Below, piece by piece: positions 1 through 13,204 of a stretch of 64,000 nt of DNA. Positions within the stretch are counted from its first letter, which is position 1. Every line of letters begins with the position of its first letter. Made by a program: the position numbers and the translations under genes. The stretch is from Cercozoa sp. M6MM (Eukaryota > Protista > Endomyxa: Ascetosporea). The stretch is taken from the NCBI GenBank assembly GCA_040357565.1, contig JBDODJ010000002.1; one strand, given 5' to 3'. Under the pieces are notes generated by a model, which saw nothing but the letters and a program-made list of their open reading frames with translations, had not been told where the DNA came from and ran no database searches.

Positions 1-1947
1 CACCCCTATACCCCCCAGTATACCCCCCCCCCAGCTAGGGCAAATACCGGCCACGGCGGCGAGGCCGTCATTGTCGAGGCAGTCCATGTCCTCCACCACC
101 AGCGTGTCGAACACGTCGGTAAAGTGCTGCACACACACACACATTCCGCAGCCTTAATTAGCACCACATTGCAGCCTTAATCATCCCCATTGCAGCCTTA
201 ATTGACTACGCCCTTTTAACCAAATCTGCGTACCAAGGGCCGAGTCAACGCGGCAATGTCGGCCGTCGTCACTTTTTGCTTCTGCGCCTTCTGTGCCTAC
301 TCACTTGGGGTACCAGGGGGGGGGGGGGGGGTAAAGGGGGTGTGTACGAACCTTGTTGGCCATCTTGACGGCCTTGTCCGACGACGACACTGTCTCCGAC
401 GCTACACATCCGAGGGAGGGGTCGGGAGTAACAGGGGGTAGGGGGTAAGGGGGCAAGGAAAGGGGTGTACCACTCGGCGCCTCCAACGCGGCCGTGTTGG
501 TGGCCGACGAAGCCTTCTGTGCCAGCACACTGGCCTCGCTCTGGTCCGTGAAGCACTCCTGCAGGAGCAGCGCCGCGCTCTTCTCGCCGAACGCGCGCAT
601 CAGACAGTCCTGGGTGGGGGGGGGGGGTAAGAGGGTAAGACGGTAAGGGGGTAAGAGGGTAAGGGGAGGATAGGGGTAAGAGGACAGGGGGGTAAGAGGA
701 TAGGCGGGGAGTAAGAGAGGGGGGGGGGGTAAACCCGGCTACCAGCACGAGCACGCGCGGCCGCAGTTCCTCGCGATCGCAGTGCGCCAGGTACGTGGCC
801 AGCAGTCCACTGCGCGAGTCCGGACTGGGCGCGCGCCTGTCCAGTTGTACACAGGCCCGTTCGTACGGTCCATTTGTACCAACCCATTTGTACCAGTCCA
901 TTTGTACCGGTACATTTGTACCAGTCCACAGAAACACAGGGACAAGGGACACAAAGTACCAATCCTCGAGCAGCTGCGGCGCCACCTGCACGCGCGGTCG
1001 CAGATGCGTCGGCATGCCTAAGAAACGCAGCCTTAACAGTGAGACCAAGCACCCTTAACCAAAACAAACGGCTACCCTTGGTGACCGAGATCGACGCTGC
1101 CAGAACGGCCTGCACGAGGCGGCGCGCCACGTCTGCGTCGAGGTAGGGAAGGAGGAAGTAAAGGGGAGTAAGGAGGGGGTAATGGGGGGGGGGGGGGGTA
1201 AAGCTCACCCTGCGAAGGACAGGCAACGTTGAGCGGCTGTCCCAAGAACTGCAGCGACACGGCCGACGGCGTCGCTTCCGACACCTCAATGTTCTCCAGG
1301 TCCTGTCCATATGTACCGTAAGTGCCGAGCCCATCTGTACCGAGTCTGTTTCGGGGTCCAAACGGACCAGGATTGAGTAGTTCTGTCGCACGCTGCGTCG
1401 CAGTGCGCCCACCTTGAGCGACACCACGCGGAACCTGCCCTCGCCCAGCATTCTCGTACAGTCCCATCCCATCTCAACAGACCCCACACAACACACCAGT
1501 AGACCCCACACAACACACCAGTAGACCCCACACACACACTCGACACACTCACAGTGACTAGCAAACTACCGAGTCACAACGAGAATTCGCTCCTTCACTG
1601 TTGTCGATGCCGTAGCCAAAGCGACCTAGATCCAAGCAAATGCACCACAAAAGCAGGACTGAAATATCTGGGCTCTAAGATACCCACGACTTGAACACGG
1701 CCTCCTGGCCCAGATGCGACATCACGCTCGACACATAGGCTGCAGCCACACATTGGGTTTTCTTATATTTGTGTATGTGACAAGGTCACAAGCACCCCCA
1801 CAACGGAAAGTACAAACTGACCATCCTCCTCGGCGTCGATCGGGCGCTCCAGAGCGGAGACCTGTGCCATAGCACCGTGTTAGTACTGTGTACACTAACA
1901 CTCACTCCCACGGCTACTTTCAGAGCTTTCGGGTCACGCACGTGCAT
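1..1947 (-). CDS. CARMIL/LRRC16-like protein (PH-like domain, linker, start of LRR region); multi-exon, 3' end runs off the window
   Basis: Spliced translation MHVRDPKALK|VSALERPIDAEED|...KERILVVTR|FRVVSLKVGALRRSVRQNYSIL|DLENIEVS matches the CARMIL PH-domain pattern. LLATYLAHCDREE resembles the CARMIL linker (TY.c.CD), and ALTRAL|HFTDVFDTLVVEDMDCLDNDGLAAVA resembles the first LRR. Introns are GT-AG. Confidence 0.65.
1479..1535. repeat. 22-bp minisatellite (AGACCCCACACAACACACCAGT, ~2.5 copies) inside a CARMIL intron
   Basis: Direct tandem copies read in the sequence. Confidence 0.85.
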
Positions 1948-2428
1948 CAAGTGGATTTTTAAGGCTGCGTCCGCGCTGCACAGAGCGCCGGTTGCTCCAA
2001 AAACAAGAACAAACCAACAAACTCGTTGTTTCCACTCGAATTCTCGGTGAGCTTGACTGTGCTTATGCCTGCTGGTTGCGCTGCGCGCGCTGCGAGCGGT
2101 TCTGCCCGTTTTTCTCGCGCTGCGCCGTGGGTGTGACACTAAAAGCCAAGTGCGAAGGAGTGTCTCTGGGTCCGCTGCAACGGTGGTATGTGTGCCTCGC
2201 GGCCACTACGGCCGCACTGCGCGTGACCGTGGGGTGCCGGTGAAAACACGTCTGTGGCTGTGAGAAATCTGGCCCGCAGATCGTGCACTTCCCGGTGTTG
2301 TGTGCCCCACCTCCCAGACTCCCGTAGGCTGCGCCATCCCCGCTGAGACAGCGCTTTTTTGCGTTTTGTGCTGAAACATGCTTTTTCGTGCTGTGTATTG
2401 TGTTTTTTTGTGGTGCAGATTCTGCAAG

Positions 2429-2821
2429 ATGGTGCTCGTTTCGGTTCTGGCCAACACGCTGAACTCGCTCGTGAACGCTGAGCGTCGCGCCAAGCGTCAG
2501 GTTCTGCTGCGCCCGTCGTCGAAGGTCGTGATCAAGTTCCTGCAGGTCATGCTCAAGCACGGCTACATTGGCGAGTTCGAGGTCATCGATGACAAGCGCG
2601 GCGGCAAGATCGTCGTGCACCTCAACGGTCGTCTCAACAAGTGCGGCGTGATCTCGCCGCGCTTCGACGTCAAGGTCAACGAGATGGGCAAGTGGCAGAC
2701 GCAGCTCCTGCCGTCGCGTCGCTTCGGCTACCTGGTGCTGACGACGTCGTCGGGCATCATGGACCACGAGGAGGCCCGCCGCAAGCACGTCGGTGGCAAG
2801 ATCCTCGGCTACTTCTACTAA
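2429..2821 (+). CDS. RPS15A: 40S ribosomal protein S15a (uS8, cytosolic), 130 aa, intronless CDS
   Basis: [51 protein letters not shown]...[22 protein letters not shown], with strong C/G-ending codon bias. Confidence 0.98.
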   Translation: MVLVSVLANTLNSLVNAERRAKRQVLLRPSSKVVIKFLQVMLKHGYIGEFEVIDDKRGGKIVVHLNGRLNKCGVISPRFDVKVNEMGKWQTQLLPSRRFGYLVLTTSSGIMDHEEARRKHVGGKILGYFY

Positions 2822-3279
2822 GTGTCTTCTTGCTCAGCTGAGTCGCGCCTTTTGCTAGTGGAAAAACTACCATCAGAAAACAATCAGGTGGAGACCCAAA
2901 CATTCGATGCCACGTTCTGCTGCTGATTCGGCAATTTTCTCCTGCGACAGCAGATGGTCAGGGATAGGGCACCAGCCGTTGGCAAAACCCATGTGCGATC
3001 ACTGATCGTTTGTGATCATCTGTGATCAATTGCAAGTGGTGCTCTTGGCCGGACCACAACCCAGGGTGACAGTTGACTGCTAACGACAACAAGCCACCAA
3101 GAGTGTGCGCTGTTCACCGCTTTGTTGACAGCGAGCGCCTGGAAGCCTTCTCAACCCTGACAGGTGTGTGCCAGTGCTTGTGTGTTCACTCCAACTTAAT
3201 CGATCTCTTGGGTACCGAAGCATCTGCGTGCTTTTTCCGTTCATGTTGCTGATTCTCGGGACAATGGCAGGACGCACGC

Positions 3280-6200
3280 ATGTCAAAGCCGGACAGGACG
3301 ACTGCGTCGAGTGCCTTTGTTGGTATAGGCGGCGCCTTGACGACACGGCAGGGTACAACGCCCTCCCTCCATCCTACCTTGCTCGGCTTATGCAGCACGG
3401 TGCGTGGTTCAGAGACTGTCCTCTCGGAGAGCAAGCCGAAACAGTTCACCGAAAATGGTGTCTTGAAGGCCGACCAGCAGGTGCTTGTCTGGAGGGACAC
3501 GTCCCGTCGCACTCGACACTGACCATGTTGTTTGTGTGCGCAGAAACGCAAGTTGGAGTCGCGCATGCGCATTGCCACGATGTTGTTCTTTGTGCTAGCC
3601 CTGTCGATCTCGATATTCTTTGTTGTGGTATGCCCCCCCCCCGATACTTCAATCTTGTCCCCTCACTGAACATACCTGTACAGCGGCGTCTGCAAGAACG
3701 CGGCGTTGTTGACTCGGACATGGTGTGCGAGCCTTGCTTTGTATCTGTACCTGACCGTTGTTGTTTGTTGGACCTACTGGCTTTCTGTGACAGGAGCGTA
3801 CGGTAGCACTCTTCGTGGGACACTCGCGCATCAACGCTGGTCTAACCGCGGTAGCCCTCGGTCTTGTGTAAGGGAGGGAAGCACTATCTATGATGCTGTC
3901 TCTTAGGCGGTCGTAATCGCTAATGCGGTGCGACCGGCCGACGTGATGCCAGAGGCAGAGTACCAAGCACTGCGGGGTAACTCTCTGTTCTTCTCCTGCA
4001 ACACATTACACGTGATCTTTTGACAGCGGAGGGCCAGCAGCAAGCGGATGTGCTGCCAGACACCATCGCCTCGGTGCTGGCGAACTTTCCGCAGACAGTG
4101 CGCGACACTATCGACGATCTCGGACTCAACGAGGACGACTCTGCCAGAGTGGCCTCTTCTACTATCAGATAGACACGCACAGATGCATATATATATATAT
4201 ATATATTTACATATCGCTAAATGTAGATACATGGTGTATGTACCCACAGGTAGAGACCTGCAAGGGAGGCCACAGCGAGAGCACTGGTGTCAGCGAGGAC
4301 GTACTGCGCCAAGAGTGCTGGGCCGTCGTGCAGGGCGCGTACGGCAATGTAACTTAACCCTCTTTCCCCTACCCCTCTATCCCTACCCTCACTTCGTACC
4401 CTTACCCCTCTCACATAGCCGGTCCCAACTGCTGAGGAGCGCAATGAGTTGTTGGCACGTGCCACGTTTTTCAAAGTCGACACTGCCGCCAAGACTCTTC
4501 CTGTATGCTATTCATCCCCTGTCTTTACTCCTACGCCTCTCCTTTGTACCCCCCCCCCCCTAATGCAGTCGTTTGTGAACCCGGTGACGGGCACGATGGC
4601 GCTGCGACGCCAGTTGCCGCTGAACGAAACCTCGGCGCGTGTAGCCTTGACCTTCAAGGAGGCCTTGGTACTACCCCTGCTACTACCCGGTGATTCCAGG
4701 CATGAATGTGCATTGTTGTTGTGCTGTGTGGGACAGCTGCTGTTCCGTGTGCTGGACTACAACGGCGCCATTGATGCCAGCATCACCTCCATTGCGGTAT
4801 GCCTCTTTACACTACTATACTGTATATCCAGATATATATTGAGTATGCAGAAACAACAAGGCCAGGACCTGCGCGACATGGCTGTACGTATGCCCCTCTC
4901 CACCTACTTCTTTTACTCCCCCTCCCCCTGCCGTGCGTGCAGAAAGGCGACGACGCCGTGGCGATCGTGCTGCTGTGCATCTCGATTTTGTTCTGCGTGG
5001 CCTTTTGCTTCTGGTTCGGTGGTACGGCACACCTACGAGCATACGGACCCCAGTTGGGCGTACCAGTTTGGCGGACCAAATAGGACAATAGGACAGGACA
5101 TGTGTTGTTGCTGTTGTAGTGTGGCGCAACGTGCACTCCAAACTGTCCTTCGAGCTATCGAAATCGGCGCGGCGACTCGAGATGCGGTACGTTTTTTGTC
5201 AGGGGCGCGAATTATAGTGTTTGATTAAGGCTGCCTTTTTACCACCTAACCTTGGCAGAGCACAACAGGGTGAGATCGAGCTGCAGGTCGATCTGGTACA
5301 CTCTGAGCTGCATTGAACTCCTGTCCCGTCCATTTGTACCGACCAGTTTGGACAAGTGTTGCTGTTGGCGTAGACACAAGGTACCGAAGAAGGTGCCGAA
5401 GACAGCGAGTCCTCGGTCTCGTTGTCGAATGTAGTTTCTCTCTTTTTTACCCTTGCCCCCCCACCCAGCTCCCTTACCTTGTCCCGTCCCAGTCGTCGTC
5501 GCTCGGCATTGACGTAGCCGACCAAGCTGTACGACACGCAATATAGTACCCTAAAAAGAAAGGTTAAGGGGTGTCGGATGCAGGTACGTGACAAGTTCCG
5601 CCGACGTCGCTTTCTGGTCCTCGTGTCGATCGTTGTGTTCGCGTGTATTGCCCACTTTACCTCCCCCCCCCCTACCCCTAAAACCCCCTTCCCTACCTCC
5701 TCTTCCGTAGCCGTGGTGGCGGCCCTGTCGGTAGTAGTGTTTCTCGGCAGTCGCGTCGTTAATGATGCTGCTGACGACTTCTCCGAGTCCAACTACTCTG
5801 TACTCTCACCCCCCTACCACCTACCACCTACTCTTCACCTGCCCTTTTATCCCCGCCTCTCCCATTCTAGGTGGCCAGGAATTCGAACTACCTGTACGAG
5901 TTCTCGCTGTCGCTGATTCAGTTCACCACCATGTAAGACCCCTTAAGCTTCTCTGTACCCACCCCTTGTATTATCCCCTATAGGTGGCTAACTGGCCAAG
6001 TGCTTAATGGCGCCGATCCGAGTACACTTGTTCGTTTACCTCCCTACCGTTTACTCCCTTCCTAATCTTTGCAGACAACCACAAGCAGTACATATTGACG
6101 TTGACCTTGTTTCCTGACTACATCGGCACCACCTTTAATAGCACGGTAGGGTCTGGTTTTACCTACCCTTACCCCTTACCCCCTTCCCCCTTGCCCCCTG

Positions 6201-8032
6201 ACTCTTACCCTTGGCCCCTTTGGGACAGCTGGAGGCCCTGACGGGCGATCTGCGTGAGCGCGTGCTGCCACAGGAGAAACGCTTCCGTCAGCTGGAGCAG
6301 CAACTGATCCAGGATATCTATGTGCGCTCGCGTGACAACCTCACCGCCGAGATTGGCGACAAGTACCGCGTGCATGTGGTACTCCACCTACCCTCCTTTT
6401 AATCTCCTTTTACCCCCCCCCCCCCCCCCCACCGTCCTCGCAGTTGGAGCCATCCAACGGCACGATGTCGAACGTGTCCTACCAGGACTGGGACGAGGTC
6501 TACAAGACCGAGTACGACCAAGCCATAGCACCGATCGTTGACTACTGGAGCGACACGATTCACTCCGATGAGGTGCTCGACATGGAGAGCGAGATGTTGG
6601 AGGTATGTTCTCCACCTTCATCCCTGCCTCTTTATCTTTTACCCCCCTCCCTCCCCTGCGCGAGCAGATCTCGCGCGAGTTAATCGCCGTGGCCGAATTG
6701 CAGCGTCAAGGTGCGCTTGTTGTTTTGATGTTGTTGTTGTTTTTGCTGTTGTTTTTGCTGTTGTTGTGGTTTTTTGCTGCTGTTGGTGTTGTTGATTTGG
6801 TGTTTCTCCTGTTTGTAGAAACGCTGGACGAGACGCTCAACTCGACGCTTGTTGTGACTGGTGGGTTTGTGCCCTCCCCTTACCCCATTCACCCCCTTTA
6901 CCCTTTACCCTTTATTCCCAACAGTTGTGGCCAGTGTCGTCGCCGTGCTGCTGCTGCTGGCGCTTGTCGTCGTTGTCATCTCCGTTCGGCAGTTCGGTAT
7001 TGTTACCTACCCCCTTTTATGCCCCCTCTAATCCCCCCGGAGTGCAGGCGAAACGTCAGCGCTCGTGTTTTCGATGCAGTTCTGGACGGTAGGCATTGTA
7101 TAGTTTACCTCCACCCCTACCCCTTACCCCCCCCCCCCGTGTGTGTACAGGTGGAGCGCCTCCTGGCAGACGAAGAGGCGTGTGGTCTTTTGAGGAAACA
7201 GGCGCAGAGGCAGCTCTCTGGTAGGACGCATTTATACTTCCCTTACACTCCCTTACCCCTTTACCCCCCCCCCCCTCCTGTAGTCGAAAACGTCGACTTT
7301 TTGCAGCACATGAATCGACTGCACATTTATGTGCTCGGTCTGCGCAAGGGCGATGCACGTGAACTTGTGGTAGTTTAGCCCCTTCCGGTTCCTTTTCTTT
7401 ACATCCCCCCCCCCCAGAACAAGTTCATCAAGGAGGGTTCGTCGCACGAGCTCAACATTGCTGCCTCGTTGCGTCGGCGGATCATAGAGACCTTTGTAGC
7501 GTTTTTCCTATACCCCCCTGCCCTCTTTACCCCTCCCCATTCGCCAGGACGCGTGTTGCGGTGAGGCCACGGACAAGAACGACGCGCTCGAGGACTGGTA
7601 CAGCTGCCTTTACTCTACTCTTGGTTGATCCTCTTGTTTTAGCCCCTTGTTTTATCCCCTCTTGCTTTACCTCCTTTTTGGTTTACCCCCCCCCCCATAA
7701 CAGCGATGAGTCGCTGCCGGCCTTGCTACTGCAGTGTCGCGAGGTAGCGTCCGACCTCATCGTGACTAACGTCTTTCAGGTACTCTTGGACTGCGTACTG
7801 GACTGGACTGTACTGGAATGGACTGGATTGTGTGTGTGGCTGCAGTATCTCGTGGAAGGCGATGAATTCAAGCAGTTCGAACTCCGTCGCCGACAGGAGA
7901 TGCAGGCAGAGTGTACGCCCTATTATTGCCCCTCCCTCACCCTCGTTCCTGGTTACCCTTTCTGTCCGTGTCTGCGCAGTTGCGCTTCTGTCTCAGCACA
8001 TGGCGTCTGTCGAGCTGTCGCCGACACCCTGA
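3280..8032 (+). CDS. Four-transmembrane receptor-like protein with C-terminal RGS domain (many short introns; start uncertain)
   Basis: Four hydrophobic segments: IATMLFFVLALSISIFFVV, AVAIVLLCISILFCVAFCFWFGVW, FLVLVSIVVFASVVAALSVVVFL and VVASVVAVLLLLALVVVVISV. RGS signature VERLLADEEACGLLRKQAQRQLS|VENVDFL...NKFIKEGSSHELNIAASLRRRIIETF. TGA stop at 8030-8032. Confidence 0.75.
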
Positions 8033-8460
8033 TTTAAGAACCGTAATACCCCGTCGATCGATGTGTGGCTGACTGAAAATAGTATCAGATGGCGAACCCT
8101 CATCTAAACGCAATTACAGCGTGTTTAAATGACTCGATATGCACTAGCATGCGATTAACACACTGGTGCACTGCTCATAGTTCCGTCTTAGTTAACACTG
8201 AGATGTGTTTTTATGAATCGGCAAACGCAAAAACAAAAACAGGCTCGCTCTTCCGTCCTTGGTTTCGACAGGAACATTGTCCACGGTACTGTGTCCTGGT
8301 AAGGCTTCCTCGGGCATTGATATTTGAGGCTGTTTTCTGTACACGTTTAGCGTGGGGGGCCACTTTTTACTTTTTGTGTGGAAAAATACCAAAATCCTCA
8401 ATATTGAGATTGTTCGTTTCTTGCTCAGGTCAAGAGGTTTGACAGCGACCTTACGTTACG

Positions 8461-10465
8461 ATGACTGCATCTATGAGCACAGGCGTGATTCCTGGTAGCA
8501 TGTTTGATGCGAGCGTTTCTTTTGAGGTGTCTCGTGTGTAATGCGAGTGTTGCACAGCGAGTGCGTGGCTATACATTGACAACATCGATGTGACATGCTC
8601 CGAGCAAGCACTGCGCGAGTTCCTGGGTCAGTACGGTGAGATGCGAAGCTGCTCGCTCAATCTGCACGGTCGGCGGCCGTATGGCTTTGCTCAGATGGCG
8701 AGCGAGCTCGATGCCGCCCGCTGCGTGCGACACCTGCATGACGTAGTGCTCTTGTTCTTTGCCCCCCCCCCCCCCCCCCTGCTACCCTTTCCCCTGTCCA
8801 TACATTATTCCCTGTACCCAGGCGACATGGGGCGTGCGCAAGGTGAAGGTGCTACCGCGTTCCAACAAGCCGGACGGCAGTCAAGGGCCGGCCTACGCGA
8901 CGCGCGTGCTGGTGCGGCAGTTGCCCAAGAGCGAGGGCACGAGCAAGGAGGCGCTGGAGCAGCGCGTGCGACGAGCCTTCGAGCGGTTCGGCGGCCTGGA
9001 GCAGGTGATGATGGTGCCGCGCGAACTCGGCAGCACGGACGCCGTGGCCGAGGCGGTGGCCACGGCCATGACGGAAGGCACGCCGGTGCCGCGGCCGGTT
9101 CCGACGGGTTCCAGCGTCTCGCCGGCACAGGCTTCAGCACAGGCGCAGGAGAGCTACACGCCGCAACCGACGGCAGGCTACGAGGCCGTGCTGCGCTTCC
9201 AGTCGCCTGCGCAGGCTGCTGCTGCCATCGAGGAGCAGAGTGGCCGGCCTCTGCCGCCGGACAGTGCTGCTGCTGCTGCTGCTGCTGTCCCTGCTGCTGC
9301 TGCCCCTGCTGCTGCTGATGATGCTAAGCAAGAGGACAAGCAGGAGACACAGGCGGAGACACAGCAGGAGGCACCGGTCAAGGTCAAGTTCCTGGCCGCC
9401 TCGCGCAGTGGTCTCGACACCTACCGCTCGTCGCAGTCGTCGACGTCGATGCTGCCGCCGGGCGTGCGGCCGCACGATCTCTTTGGCATCTATGTCGCGC
9501 AATTCCCTCTGCACTGGACGCCCGATGACTTGGTATATATATATATATATGTACAATAGGTATATGGTATACATGGGGGATTGTGTGGACACACAGGTGG
9601 CACTGTTCCGCGACCAAAACTGCGTCAACGCCAAGGTGCTGACCAAGCCGGGCGCCGCTCCCAACCGCGGCATGGGCTTTGCGCACTTCGCGCACCTCCA
9701 CGAGGCGCAGGCCGCGCAGCGCTTCTTCGACGGCAAATGTCCGCACGATGCCGTTGTGCCCATCATGGTGCGCATGGGTACTGCGCCCTTACTTTCTTCC
9801 CTTTACCTCCTTTACCCCTACTTTCTTTACCTCCTACCTACTCACCCCGACTTATCCCCCTCCCCCCAGCGAACCGCAAGCGACCGCCGGTGCAGCCGTA
9901 CGGCGCGAGTCCTTACGGCGCCGCTCCGGGCGGCTACGGTCCGCAGTACAACCAGTACGGTGCTCGTCCGTATGGACAGTCTGCTGGCTACGGACAACAG
10001 CAGCCGTACGGACAGCCGTCTGGCTACGGACAGTACCCACAGTCTGCGTAAGCTTCTTTCATCTACCCCTGCCTCTTACCTTTACCCCCCCCTCCCCGCA
10101 GGTACAGTGCACCGCCGCCGACGCAGGCACACCAGCCGCCGCAGCACGCGCAGTACGGTGCCTACCCGTCGGCCTCGCATGCACCTGCCCCGCACCATGC
10201 GGCCTCGCATGCGCCTGCCCCGCACCATGCCGCCCCGCATGCGCATGCGGCGCCGCACCACCCGGCACCTCATCATGCAGCCTCGCACCCGCCTGCACCG
10301 CACGCTTCGCACGCACACGCTTCGCACGCACACGCGTCGCATCCCCGTGGTACTTCATCTGTATCTACGTATGTATACATCTATATATATATATATATAT
10401 ATGTATATTTTTATGTGTGTGCATGTGATGTGTATGTATGTGTAGGCACTCCTCCGCAGTACTAA
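8461..10465 (+). CDS. RNA-binding protein with three RRMs and a GYGQ-rich plus His/Ala/Pro-rich C-terminal tail
   Basis: RNP2/RNP1 pairs LYIDNI...RPYGFAQM, VLVRQL...GYEAVLRF and IYVAQF...RGMGFAHF. Tail QPYGQPSGYGQYPQ...APHHAASHAP. Confidence 0.85.
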
Positions 10466-10520
10466 AAGCAAGGCCGGATCTTCCTCTCGATGTGGTATTC
10501 CTCTCTTGTGTGTCTGTGTC

Positions 10521-10556
<36 letters not shown>

Positions 10557-11356
10557 TGTGTGTGTCTGTGTGTCTGTGTGTCTGTGTCTGTGCGTGTTTT
10601 TTGAATGATGACACGTATGCGTGTGCATAGACTACTGGCTACTACCACTACTACCCCAACTCTACCACTACTTCACTACTGGCTCTACCACTACCTCACT
10701 ACCATTACTGCGGATACCCGGAGGAGTGTGTACTTCGCGCGTGTGTGCCTGTCTCGCGTGTATGTGTATCGAGTGTTGTTGCTGTGTACGTATTTGGTTC
10801 ATTACGATACTATTCGGTCTTAGTGTCTACCCCACCATACCTTATCAGTATGTATCCCATCATGCTTACCCTACGCTACTAAATGCGTTACTCGTACGAG
10901 CTAGTACTACCATAACTGCATATCTCGATCTCATCTACCCGAGCATCGGCTGGCTTGCGCACCTGACCCACTTACGATTCGCGCTGATCGGCATCCGTCA
11001 GCTGCGATGACGATGGTCGGGCGGGACGTGTACGCTGGTCGGAGGGGTGGAAGCATGGCGTAGAAATCCCGTTATTGTTCTGCCAGTTTGCAGTTGGTGC
11101 ACCCCGTGCGGGCACGTCCGTCTTACCGCTGTCCCTTAGTTAGGACTTGAGCCGTTGGTTAATTTCGATCCGCAGCTGCTGACCAGGTGCGCTTCGCTCA
11201 ACCGGCAGTTTGTAGAACAACGCAGTTACGACGATATCTATGGCACACTATTTATGGTATTACAGTTGAATCAATCCGATCGCGCCTAGGCCTGCAATTT
11301 ACGGCAAACCCTTGCGCAGCTGCAGCACACTATCCACTGACAGCACTGACAGGTGC

Positions 11357-13156
11357 TCAGTGGAGCTGCATCGCGACGAGAGCGCCAGCGGCAGCGGAAA
11401 GCGCGAGGAGTGGCGACGTCGCGGCGGATGGAACGTCTTCGGGCACGGTCTGCGCTGCCTCTGCTCCGGTGACAAGGTACACATCATTCTACCCAGACTG
11501 ACCAGACAGACAGGAGGAAAAAAGGCACCGCAGTCGTCGTCGGTGCTGCACTCAGCCGTGGCCGACAGCGACACGTCAAGCGAGGCCTGCGCGCCGGTGT
11601 TCGGACGGCCCGCTGAAAGTTGCACACCAGTCAGTGTCGTGTAACACAGACCATAGACCTACTATATAAAAACGGAGGACAGAGAGCAGTACAGGCAGGA
11701 GTCAGTTCAGCAAAGGCCTGGATCTCGGACAACGTGGCGGCGGCCTTAACGTAGCGCTGCGCCCGGGCGTCGTTCAGCAGACGAACCTCGAACACGAGTG
11801 TCACCAGGCCGTGCTGCAGACGCACCTCGAGACTCACGTCAGCCACTGGTGCACCGAGCGTGCGTGCCACCAGGTGGCGCAACTCGTCCACGCGCTCTTC
11901 GGCGTAGTCGAACGCGACGTTGCGCAGCACCAGGCGGCCTGCCACTTTCTGCCAGATATATATACTTATATATATATATAACAAACCAGTAATGTAAAAT
12001 GTATCTCGAGATATGCAGGAATAGAAGACACAAAATGAATGGGAGAAATGCACCTTGTCGCTCGTGTACAGCGGCGTGCACACCTCGGCGAGAGAACTGC
12101 GGTTGAAAGGCTTCATGGAGGCCTCTTCGTTCGCATAGCAGCATGAGTCCTGTTCACGTCCAATACAATACAATGTCATAGCACTAGACTTGACGTTTTG
12201 CCATATGTCTTGGTTAAAGCACAGAAGTAAGGGTTTACAGTGGGTGCGCCCCCCAGGTGGTGCAGACAACGCGTGTTGTTGGCGTCTTTCTGACAGAGCT
12301 GTTCATTAAACACACACATACACACACACACATACACACACATATATATGTGTGTATTATACACATATGTGCAGACACATAAAAATATAAATCTAGAGAT
12401 ATTGAGGCGTCCCACCAGTTCTAGTGCGACAGCAGCGCCGACGGGCGGGTTGTCCTCGCCCAACTCGGCCACCATCTAAGAGCACCTCTCATGCATAGAT
12501 ACACTGGTGTATGTCTACATATATACCACGAAGGTGTCGGCAAGGCACGTATCGTCGCACACACTGTTGAGCACGTTGAAGGTGTCGCCGCCGGAACCCA
12601 GCTTCGACATCATCGTGTCTAAACAGCCGTCGTTCTGTCGCACCAACACTGAGGTGGAGGCAGAGCGGGAGAGAGGATAGAAATGGCTACACAGAGACTG
12701 TCGACAGTGAGCGCGAGTTGGCGCAGCTTGGTAGTGTTGACGCCACTCGGAATGCTAACAGGAGGTGTCACAACGATACCGTCACTGGCCACCGACGACA
12801 CGCACTGCATCAAGTCCTCCGTCGACTGCGAGATCGCCACAGCGCTCTTACTGCTCATACCGTTCCTCAGACTCAGAATGCAACAAGAAACAACAAACAG
12901 CAAAAAACACAGATATCAGCAACGTTACATCATCTCGCGGTTGCAGTCGCCGCACAGTTCCGACGCAAACATCGCGCTATCTTTGACGCTGCAGGGGTGT
13001 AGGAGTAAAGAGGATAAGGGGGAGGTGTGAAACGCAAGCACCCGTATAACTCCATGCCGAAAAGCGGCAGACGCTCCTGCTGCGCGTCCAGACAGAAACC
13101 GCCGGTTGAGTTTCGCGCACAGACAGTGTCGCGCGACGTCGTCAGCACGTCGTCTG

Positions 13157-13204
<48 letters not shown>

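Noticed and set aside
2063-2788. 241-aa minus-strand ORF
   Set aside because: It is the antisense shadow of the codon-biased RPS15A CDS.
3280-10465. Introns as Introner-type mobile elements
   Set aside because: The introns share low-complexity motifs but not end-to-end identity, TIRs or TSDs.
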